Virus record (IMG/VR): IMGVR_UViG_3300032291_002057
Span: 1 to 14,304 of that record
Source of the DNA: a virus
Taxonomy: Duplodnaviria; Heunggongvirae; Uroviricota; Caudoviricetes
Length of the DNA: 14,304 nt
Strand: one strand, 5' to 3'
Shown: positions 1-6,528 of the stretch, in pieces
Layout of the letters: each line of letters begins with the position of its first letter
How positions within the stretch are numbered: position 1 is the first letter of the stretch
Position numbers and translations under genes: made by a program
Notes under the pieces: generated by a model
Database searches by the model: none
Seen by the model: the letters and a program-made list of their open reading frames with translations, nothing else
What the model was told of the DNA's origin: nothing

Positions 1-1
1 C

Positions 2-688
2 GATTTTAGATTGTTCTTTAGTAACATTCCAGGTACAGGTCGTTACAGTGAATATGGTCCTATGGATCCAAAAACTGTACAAATTATATTTGGTGATGCA
101 GGGAATCAAATTGTTGCTGGACATGAAGATGCAATCACTATTGTGTTTGTTGGCAACAAAGGTGATAGCAAAGTAATGATGACGCCGTGGATTATGGCAC
201 ATAGATTTGGACATGCTATCCAAGCCGGGTATCGCAATTTTAGTAATAGGGCAGGTGCATGGACAGAAGCAGAAAAACATTTTTTCAGCACAATCAATAA
301 TACACTTGAAGAATACTATGGCAAGGCAAACAGAGGAACTAACACATCTAATACTTCGGTAAAATGGGACTTAACTCCTGAATATAATGCACTATTCAAT
401 GCTATTGGCACTCAGCGTAGTAGTCGCAGTAATGAAATCAAACGTCCATATGAATTCTTATATGAAATTTTTGCACAGTATCTAGGTACCGGCAATGTAA
501 CATTCAACCCACTACCAAGCAACTTAGGATATGGTCGTAAAGTATGGGGTAATCCTACTAAGTATATGAACATCAAACCTCAAATGCGTGACGATGCTGC
601 CGATGCCGCACAAACTTTAGCCAATGATATGCAGTATATGTTTAATGATGTGCTGTCTAGCTCAGTTGGACAAATTTTTGTGATGTAA
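2..688 (+). CDS. Hypothetical phage protein, 5'-truncated by the window edge; zincin-like motif variant HRFGH
   Basis: Frame is open from position 2 (DFRLFFSN...) to TAA at 686-688, so the TTG at 11 is probably not the true start. WIMAHRFGHAI and YEFLYEIFAQY resemble HExxH and ExxxE.F..Y zincin motifs, with the catalytic E replaced by R. Confidence 0.6.
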   Translation, partial: DFRLFFSNIPGTGRYSEYGPMDPKTVQIIFGDAGNQIVAGHEDAITIVFVGNKGDSKVMMTPWIMAHRFGHAIQAGYRNFSNRAGAWTEAEKHFFSTINNTLEEYYGKANRGTNTSNTSVKWDLTPEYNALFNAIGTQRSSRSNEIKRPYEFLYEIFAQYLGTGNVTFNPLPSNLGYGRKVWGNPTKYMNIKPQMRDDAADAAQTLANDMQYMFNDVLSSSVGQIFVM

Positions 689-705
689 TAAATTTTAAAA
701 ATTAT

Positions 706-1515
706 ATGAAAAAAATAATAACATTAGTTGCAATATTTTTTGTAACATCAACTTATGCATGGACTCAGCGTCCGCCTAATCCAATACAACAATGTCAAGT
801 TCATAGTCCATATGGATTTGCACAAACACAAAGACCAGTACAACCTATATGCCGTGAAGGTTATTTAGTTGCATATGATGCACCAGTTAAGATTCCTGTC
901 TATGTAGCATATACATTAAAGCCGGAGAATGCATTAGGTTGCTTTCCAAGAACAAATGCTTTTGTCGCTGACCAATCAATACAAAATGGAGCACGTCCTG
1001 ATGACTATATAGGCACAGGATATGACAAGGGTCATGCTGCACCAGACGGCGATCAAACTTGGTCACAAATGACAAGCTACGAAAGTTTTTTGATGACTAA
1101 CATGTATCCACAACACGGAAGTTTAAATCGTGGCATTTGGAAATTGTTAGAAACATCAGTGCGTGGCTGGGCAGTACAATTAAATCAACCTTATACAATA
1201 TATGTAGGAGCTATGTATGGCGCTGGTGATGAGTCATTCAAGGGCATTATTGTGCCACATGCATACTACAAGATTGTTATCAATAATAGTACAGGGCAAG
1301 TTGCTGGATGGAAATTTCCACACACTAAACCATACGTTAATTTAGGCAATGATTTGACTAAGTTTCGTGCTCCTATAGCACAGATACAAGAATACGCGGG
1401 GGTTAAATATCATTTCCCTGCAAATGCAAAAGAATTACCATCGGGTCAAGAATGGCCTGTAAACTTTGGAGCGTTAACAAATGCTAAAAGAACTAAGTGC
1501 GGCAGAGCCGAGTAA
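706..1515 (+). CDS. DNA/RNA non-specific endonuclease (Serratia NucA/EndoG family, His-Me finger) with N-terminal signal peptide
   Basis: YDKGHAAP (DRGH-type active site) and ESFLMTNMYPQHGSLNRGIWKLLE are family-typical. MKKIITLVAIFFVTSTYA|W looks like a Sec signal peptide. Confidence 0.9.
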   Translation: MKKIITLVAIFFVTSTYAWTQRPPNPIQQCQVHSPYGFAQTQRPVQPICREGYLVAYDAPVKIPVYVAYTLKPENALGCFPRTNAFVADQSIQNGARPDDYIGTGYDKGHAAPDGDQTWSQMTSYESFLMTNMYPQHGSLNRGIWKLLETSVRGWAVQLNQPYTIYVGAMYGAGDESFKGIIVPHAYYKIVINNSTGQVAGWKFPHTKPYVNLGNDLTKFRAPIAQIQEYAGVKYHFPANAKELPSGQEWPVNFGALTNAKRTKCGRAE

Positions 1516-1591
1516 TAATCCTAATGAATACCCAGTCTATCCCGAAGATGACGGATATGATAGACCTAAAAACCCGTATAGTCCGGTTTAA
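1481..1591 (+). CDS. Small ORF, 36 aa (MLKELSAAEPSNNPNEYPVYPEDDGYDRPKNPYSPV), not in the ORF track
   Basis: ATG at 1481 with GGAG at 1468-1471 (9-nt spacing) and TAA at 1589-1591. It exactly fills the gap between the nuclease and the convergent methyltransferase. Confidence 0.5.
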   Translation: MLKELSAAEPSNNPNEYPVYPEDDGYDRPKNPYSPV

Positions 1592-2316
1592 AGTTTTGTG
1601 TAAACAAAATACAATCTATTATTTGCGTCTTTCTTAAACGTATCAAGTTTAAGATTATACTTCTCGGCAAACTCATTTACGATTTCAAAACTCCAGGGAA
1701 ATATGTCAACATATGGTCCTGTTTTATGAGTGATGCCTGGATTAGCACGTAAATAGAATTTACCACCCTTCTTTAACAAGTTAACGCAATGTGCAAATCT
1801 TGCTTCAATTTCATCTTTGCTATTAAAATTGATTGAACCTAACGCCAGAATTACATCATGTGATTCTGGTTTTACTTTGTATTCTAGTATATCAACTTCA
1901 TAATCAGCTTGATTATTGTACGGATCTATTCCAATTAAATTCTGAATACGACCTTTGAATGGATGATAACCACATCCAACATCAAGTACTTTTTCTGGAT
2001 TTAACTTATTAACCTCATCGGCAAGTTCCCATCCAGTATGTTCATAGTCACCTGTGCGTGGTTTCCAAATTTCACTGAAAAATCTAAGAATATATCGTTC
2101 ACTTAAATCATCTACTATATTACGTAAAGTCCCTACATAATCACATGGTAAACTTAATTCTAATTCTACTGCATCTTTGAACTTGCGATAACGTGCAGGA
2201 GTCCAAGGTAAGTCTTGCACAATAGTGTTTTCATCAATAGAAATTTTAGAGTACTTGGGTAAATTAAACGCAAGTTGTAAATTTTCTTTGACTACCTTAA
2301 AAATTTTTGTATTCAT
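1588..2316 (-). CDS. Class I SAM-dependent methyltransferase with a small N-terminal helical (ACP-like) domain
   Basis: Motif I VLDVGCG, acidic motif II IGIDPY, DVILALGSINF and LLKKGGKFY(L)R are Rossmann MTase hallmarks. Confidence 0.85.
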   Translation of the reverse strand: MNTKIFKVVKENLQLAFNLPKYSKISIDENTIVQDLPWTPARYRKFKDAVELELSLPCDYVGTLRNIVDDLSERYILRFFSEIWKPRTGDYEHTGWELADEVNKLNPEKVLDVGCGYHPFKGRIQNLIGIDPYNNQADYEVDILEYKVKPESHDVILALGSINFNSKDEIEARFAHCVNLLKKGGKFYLRANPGITHKTGPYVDIFPWSFEIVNEFAEKYNLKLDTFKKDANNRLYFVYTKL

Positions 2317-2357
2317 GTAATTTTTTCTAGATTTTATGAAATTTTATTCAAAATGGA

Positions 2358-2382
2358 ATAAATATTCTGTCATCATATTTAT
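2358..2382. promoter_or_regulatory. Face-to-face pair of T4-like late-promoter boxes (ATAAATA on each strand)
   Basis: ATAAATAT at 2358-2365 and ATATTTAT at 2375-2382 form a perfect 8-bp inverted repeat with a 9-nt spacer between divergent genes. The core resembles the T4 late promoter TATAAATA. Confidence 0.6.
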
Positions 2383-2395
2383 ATTAGGAGAAACG

Positions 2396-3352
2396 ATGAA
2401 GAAACTTTTATGCATACTAGCACTTATTCCTGCACTATCATTTGCATGGCAACCAACAAAACCTATCACTGTTATATTCCCAAATGGTCCGGGGGCGGGC
2501 AATGAGATATCATTCTTTTTTGTTGCTGATATTGTAGAAAAGAAAACAGGTGTTACCTTTACAAGAGAACATAGACCTGGCGCAGACGGTAATATCGCAA
2601 TGAATCATTTTGCTACAGTTCCTAATGATGGACATACTATTGCAGTTCCTGCTTGTAATAGTCAATGGATTACTGCTGATGTATGGTACTCACAGATGTT
2701 AAAATACAATGTATATGATTTTGAACCAGTAGCAAACATAGCACGTAGTCCATTAGCATTTTGGGCACATCCCGAAAGTAAAGTCAACACTCCTGAAGAT
2801 TTGATTAGAGAAATACGTGAAAAGAAACGTCCTATTAATTTTGCTATCGGTGGAGGTGGACATAAATTAGCAGTAGAATATTTAACTACAAAACTAAATG
2901 TACCCGGTGGTGATAGAGTTCAGACAATTATGTACAAAGGTCCTGCACAAGCATTGATGGACACAATGGGAGGTCATACTGAGTTTTCTGTTACACCAGT
3001 GGGAGTAGGATATCCCCACGTTAAAGCAGGCAAGTTAAAATTGATTGGATTAGCAAGCGAAGTACCACTAAAAGGTTTAGAGTCTGCTCCATTAATGAGT
3101 AAGTATGCCCCAGGATTAAATTTATATGGTTGCTGGAACTTAGTACTACCTAAAGGAACATCCGCTGAGATACAAAAATGGTACCATGATAATTTTGTAC
3201 CTGCTATTCGTAGTAAAGAAGCAAAAGAAAAATTTGACGAGAACTTAATGTTCATAACTACTAAAGAACATTCTCCAGAAGGTGTCCGTGCTAGTATGGT
3301 ACTATTAAGTAGAGATTGGATTAACATAGCAAAGAAGATTAAACCTGAATGA
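2396..3352 (+). CDS. tctC: Tripartite tricarboxylate transporter substrate-binding protein (TctC/Bug family)
   Basis: Start reassigned to ATG 2396 (AGGAG at 2386-2390). Signal peptide MKKLLCILALIPALSFA|W; WQPTKPITVIFPNGPGAGNE, HRPGADGNIA, DGHTI, MYKGPAQAL, GKLKLIGL and W-LVLPKGT match the Bug/TctC pattern. Confidence 0.85.
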   Translation: MKKLLCILALIPALSFAWQPTKPITVIFPNGPGAGNEISFFFVADIVEKKTGVTFTREHRPGADGNIAMNHFATVPNDGHTIAVPACNSQWITADVWYSQMLKYNVYDFEPVANIARSPLAFWAHPESKVNTPEDLIREIREKKRPINFAIGGGGHKLAVEYLTTKLNVPGGDRVQTIMYKGPAQALMDTMGGHTEFSVTPVGVGYPHVKAGKLKLIGLASEVPLKGLESAPLMSKYAPGLNLYGCWNLVLPKGTSAEIQKWYHDNFVPAIRSKEAKEKFDENLMFITTKEHSPEGVRASMVLLSRDWINIAKKIKPE

Positions 3353-3969
3353 AATATATTTTTGTAGCCGGAGCTCCGGGTAGTAAGTGGAGCAGTGTAG
3401 TAAAGAACATTTATTATAGTCCCAATATTGATCGTAGTGATTACAGTGACAATAGAACATATTACCATGATGCTAGTGGTGAAATGGATTTGATGCATTT
3501 AGGTGCATACTTTGACCCTGGTATGGAGTTTGGAAAATACTTTCACAGATTGTCTATGTACGATCATTATGAATGCGAAACAGATTTTGATGCGCCGTTT
3601 TCAGGGGAAGGAGTTCGTATTATAAAAAGTCATGTATTTGCTAATCATATTGACTATATTAAGCAAACATGGCCTGATTGTCCTATCATTTTAGTACATC
3701 GACCTGATGATGCCTGTTTAGGTTGGTGGGTTAAATGTGGTCATTTTAATATAACATACCCTGATTACTCTGAATACTATCAGAACTTAAAAGTTATGTC
3801 TGAAAAGATTAAAGAACAAAATCAGGGCATTATTAAAGCAATGTATAAGTATTCGGGACGCACTCCAATAACTAATCAGGTGCTGTGTAACATGCTAAAT
3901 ATAGAATTGCCACCTAGTGAGTATTACCAAGACTACGGTGCATCAGATATAAGGGTAACAGTAATATGA
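3349..3969 (+). CDS. Sulfotransferase-like P-loop-fold protein
   Basis: N-terminal IFVAGAPGSKWSSV (divergent 5'-PSB loop), IIKSH and IILVHRP (3'-PB-like). ATGA overlap with the upstream gene. Confidence 0.55.
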   Translation: MKYIFVAGAPGSKWSSVVKNIYYSPNIDRSDYSDNRTYYHDASGEMDLMHLGAYFDPGMEFGKYFHRLSMYDHYECETDFDAPFSGEGVRIIKSHVFANHIDYIKQTWPDCPIILVHRPDDACLGWWVKCGHFNITYPDYSEYYQNLKVMSEKIKEQNQGIIKAMYKYSGRTPITNQVLCNMLNIELPPSEYYQDYGASDIRVTVI

Positions 3970-4655
3970 TAAGCAGTTGGGATGAGACAAAAACAAAAAG
4001 TAAATATCACTTTAATGTTGATAAAATTGACCCTAATTATGATACAGTAGTTAAGATGGGAAAATTTACATATGACTTTAGTGAAGAAGTTGCAAAGATT
4101 GTTAAAAATGCAAAGCCTGCAACATGGGCAACTAGAGGATATAAAGGTAAAGGAGTTGAAATTCCCAATGACGATTTAAAAGCAGAAGAATATGATTTAG
4201 TTAGATCAGGTGTTAATCCTAACATGGTCATTACACATCTTAACTGGGACTTGCCACCGATGTTACAACAGATAAGTGATTTGTTTGGATTAAAAGATTG
4301 CATGAATCGTGTACATGTACAGATGCCCGGAGAAGTATGGAATCTTCATTTAGATAAACTACATAAATGGAATCCAGATAATCCTTATACAGTTAAAAGA
4401 ATAATGGTACATTTAACTGATTGGCAACCGGGACACTTTTGGAGTTATGGAAACTATACACACCAGGGCTGGAAAGCAGGTGAAATAACTACATTTGATT
4501 GGCACAATGTACCTCATAGTACAGCAAATGCTGGACACACTCCCAGAGTTACATTTCAAATGACCGGAGTAGTGACAGAAAAATATAATGATTTTACTGC
4601 TAGACTAAAAAGATTCGGAACTCATGTATTAAAATATGATGATTCTGTAATTTAA
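3966..4655 (+). CDS. 2OG-Fe(II) dioxygenase, Asp/Asn beta-hydroxylase-like cupin
   Basis: HxD (WNLHLD) ... distal H (VPHSTANAG) ... R (TPRVTFQMTG); WKAGEITTFD strand pattern. ATGA overlap. Confidence 0.75.
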   Translation: MISSWDETKTKSKYHFNVDKIDPNYDTVVKMGKFTYDFSEEVAKIVKNAKPATWATRGYKGKGVEIPNDDLKAEEYDLVRSGVNPNMVITHLNWDLPPMLQQISDLFGLKDCMNRVHVQMPGEVWNLHLDKLHKWNPDNPYTVKRIMVHLTDWQPGHFWSYGNYTHQGWKAGEITTFDWHNVPHSTANAGHTPRVTFQMTGVVTEKYNDFTARLKRFGTHVLKYDDSVI

Positions 4656-4658
4656 TAT

Positions 4659-4749
4659 CACCTTAGGACCGCAATTCGTTGCGTAGGTGGGCCGGCTGCT
4701 GGCCTGACGTACCAATTCGCTACTGGGAAATCTAAAGTGAGCATTTTTT
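4659..4749 (+). ncRNA. Candidate structured non-coding RNA of unassigned family
   Basis: Intergenic, about 56% GC (47 of 84 nt, hand count) in an AT-rich window. CGCAA-TTCG-TTGCG hairpin, CACCT/AGGTG helix, GGCCGG-CTG-CTGGCC hairpin, possible pseudoknot TTCGCT/AGTGAG, and a terminal T6 run. Confidence 0.6.
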
Positions 4750-4750
4750 G

Positions 4751-4757
4751 ATAAATA
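4751..4757 (+). promoter_or_regulatory. T4-like late-promoter box ATAAATA
   Basis: ATAAATA is followed by SD AAAGGA (4764-4769) and ATG 4778. Confidence 0.55.
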
Positions 4758-4777
4758 GTACATAAAGGACATTTATT

Positions 4778-5011
4778 ATGCAACAACATATCTATACATC
4801 ATCAAAAGGCGAGAATTTTCTTTCATGGCACGAATGGGCCTTAACAACGTTAAATGAAGAAGATTTAGCAGTTTATATTGAACCTATCCCTGAAGGTGAA
4901 ATAATGTCAGAAGGCAAATTAGCACTATACAGTCGTTGGGTACAAGAAGAAAAAATTATCTCCCATAATGTTATGGAAGACGGTGTTTTGGTAATGGAAC
5001 ATGATATCTAA
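4778..5011 (+). CDS. Hypothetical protein, 77 aa, acidic
   Basis: ORF with SD AAAGGA; overlaps the next start by 11 nt. No recognised motif. Confidence 0.7.
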   Translation: MQQHIYTSSKGENFLSWHEWALTTLNEEDLAVYIEPIPEGEIMSEGKLALYSRWVQEEKIISHNVMEDGVLVMEHDI

Positions 5012-5579
5012 ACAGTTCATTACAGAATCAGCCGCATTAGACTTAGCAAAGAAGTTACCTTCTTTAGAAAAACACGACTATGATACCATTGATAGATTAA
5101 TGCGAAACATTGCAAGTAAGCATAGAATCAAGGCTGACGCACTACATGATCTATTTGTAAAAAAATATCACAAAACACCAGATAACTGGATCAAAAGTAA
5201 ACTAGATGAAGATGACCGAGAAGATTTGAATGATAATCCAATCATGCAAAAATTTATCAAATGGTCAGCCGATAAACTTAATTTAGAAACATTTCCAGAA
5301 ATTGAATTTAGTTATAGTACTGAAGAGGCACAAGCTGGACATCATACTGGTAGACATACAGTAGGTGAAAATAAGATTTGGGTTTATGTAAGAAATAGAA
5401 ATATGGTTGATATTATGCGTACCGTATTCCATGAATTAGTCCATTGCCGTCAAGGTGAAAAAGATATGATTAAGCCCGGAGACAGCTATCCAGGTAGCCC
5501 AATTGAGATGGAAGCAGATCAACTTGCGGGCAAATACATAAAAATATTTGGCAAAGAACATCCAGAAATCTTTGAATAA
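5001..5579 (+). CDS. Putative zinc metallopeptidase (HExxH zincin) with N-terminal helical domain
   Basis: RTVFHELVHCRQ with a downstream third ligand in SPIEMEADQLA. Confidence 0.7.
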   Translation: MISKQFITESAALDLAKKLPSLEKHDYDTIDRLMRNIASKHRIKADALHDLFVKKYHKTPDNWIKSKLDEDDREDLNDNPIMQKFIKWSADKLNLETFPEIEFSYSTEEAQAGHHTGRHTVGENKIWVYVRNRNMVDIMRTVFHELVHCRQGEKDMIKPGDSYPGSPIEMEADQLAGKYIKIFGKEHPEIFE

Positions 5580-5599
5580 ATAACATTCTGTGTTATCAT
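5572..5599 (+). promoter_or_regulatory. sigma70-type promoter of tilS (TTGAAT-16-TATCAT, extended -10 TGn)
   Basis: TTGAAT 5572-5577, TG 5591-5592, TATCAT 5594-5599. The ATG lies 7 nt downstream with no SD. Confidence 0.55.
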
Positions 5600-5605
5600 A
5601 CACAG

Positions 5606-6214
5606 ATGATTCATCTACTTTTTCCGTTACCAAAAGAGTTAATTGTCGCATTTAGCGGCGGTGTGGATAGTACCGCTATCGTAGATTTTTTAAGTAACAA
5701 ACACAAAGTAACATGTGCCTTCTTTCATCACGGCACTGAAAATAGCGAACGTGCATTTGAATTTGTTGCAAGGTTTTGCACTGAACGTGAATTACCTCTA
5801 ATAGTAGGCTTTATTAAAAACAGTAAATCAAAAGAATTAAGTACCGAAGAACATTGGCGTAATGAACGCTATGAATTTTTAAATAGCTTTGGTGATGGTC
5901 TAGGTCCTATTGTAACAGGACATCATTTAGATGATTGTGTTGAAACATATATCTGGTCAGCATTGCACGGTAAACCCAAAGTAATCCCTTGCGCTAGAAA
6001 TAATGTTATCCGACCATTTTTAACTACAACTAAACATGAATTTGTTAATTGGTGTGAGCGTAAAAATATTGAATGGTGCCATGATAACAGCAACGATGAC
6101 GACCATTACACTAGAAATTATGTTCGAAAACATTTAGTGCCACATGCATTACATGTTAACCCAGGGTTACGTACAACGGTTAAAAAGATTGTTGAACGTC
6201 AGCAAAATGTTTGA
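5606..6214 (+). CDS. tilS: tRNA(Ile)-lysidine synthetase, catalytic domain only (202 aa)
   Basis: PP-loop AFSGGVDS, HHG, RNERY, TGHHLDDCVET, IRPFL and DNSNDDDHYTRNYVR are TilS signature motifs. The C-terminal TilS domains are absent. Confidence 0.9.
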   Translation: MIHLLFPLPKELIVAFSGGVDSTAIVDFLSNKHKVTCAFFHHGTENSERAFEFVARFCTERELPLIVGFIKNSKSKELSTEEHWRNERYEFLNSFGDGLGPIVTGHHLDDCVETYIWSALHGKPKVIPCARNNVIRPFLTTTKHEFVNWCERKNIEWCHDNSNDDDHYTRNYVRKHLVPHALHVNPGLRTTVKKIVERQQNV

Positions 6215-6239
6215 CTTTTCTACACAGTCAATATATACT
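6211..6239 (+). promoter_or_regulatory. sigma70-type promoter of the DsbA-like / DNA polymerase operon (TTGACT-17-TATACT)
   Basis: TTGACT 6211-6216 (contains the tilS TGA stop), 17-nt spacer, TATACT 6234-6239. Confidence 0.85.
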
Positions 6240-6261
6240 AACTACTTTACAAGGAGAATCT

Positions 6262-6528
6262 ATGTCTGATTATAATCGCACCTTTAATGGTGATGCAAAA
6301 ATTAAGTTAACACAACTCATCAATGAGGGTATGTCAACATTACATGAAATTGATACGTTGAACGGTGGATTGAATGATACCATCAAAGCAATCGCAGAAG
6401 AATTGGAAATCAAGGCTTCAACATTGAAGAAAGCAATTAAGATTGCACACAAAGCAAGTTTAGGTCAGGCTAATAGAGACCATGACGAACTCAATACTAT
6501 TTTGGAAACTGTGGGTAAAACACTTTGA
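6262..6528 (+). CDS. Small dsDNA-binding protein, T4 DsbA / GapR (DUF2312)-like, 88 aa
   Basis: Start reassigned to ATG 6262 (AAGGAG at 6251-6256; the TTG at 6211 is the -35 box). Helical pattern LTQLINEG..EIDTL...LNDTIKAIAEELEIKASTLKKAIKIAHK resembles DsbA/GapR. Confidence 0.65.
   Translation: MSDYNRTFNGDAKIKLTQLINEGMSTLHEIDTLNGGLNDTIKAIAEELEIKASTLKKAIKIAHKASLGQANRDHDELNTILETVGKTL

Noticed and set aside
2974-3498. 174-aa minus-strand ORF and other antisense or alternate-frame ORFs (106-297, 887-1075, 4037-4303, 5436-5651, 6270-6452, 6800-7174, 7587-7814, 7591-7785, 8317-8574, 8529-8726, 8987-9199, 9332-9517, 12152-12373, 13097-13318, 13700-13882)
   Set aside because: They lie mostly or wholly within well-supported genes, lack motifs and RBS, and have shadow-ORF composition.
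4684-4734. Hammerhead-like three-way junction (TAGGT/ATCTA, GCCGG/CTGGC, CTGACGTA, CCA/TGG, GAAA)
   Set aside because: The core is CUGACGUA rather than CUGANGA, there are two G at the cleavage position instead of one H, and stem II closes C-G. Not a canonical hammerhead; kept only as part of the unassigned RNA finding.
4690-4743. SAM/SAH or preQ1 riboswitch call
   Set aside because: Only short words resemble SAM/SAH and the spacing differs; no preQ1 consensus. A promoter box lies between the element and the downstream gene.
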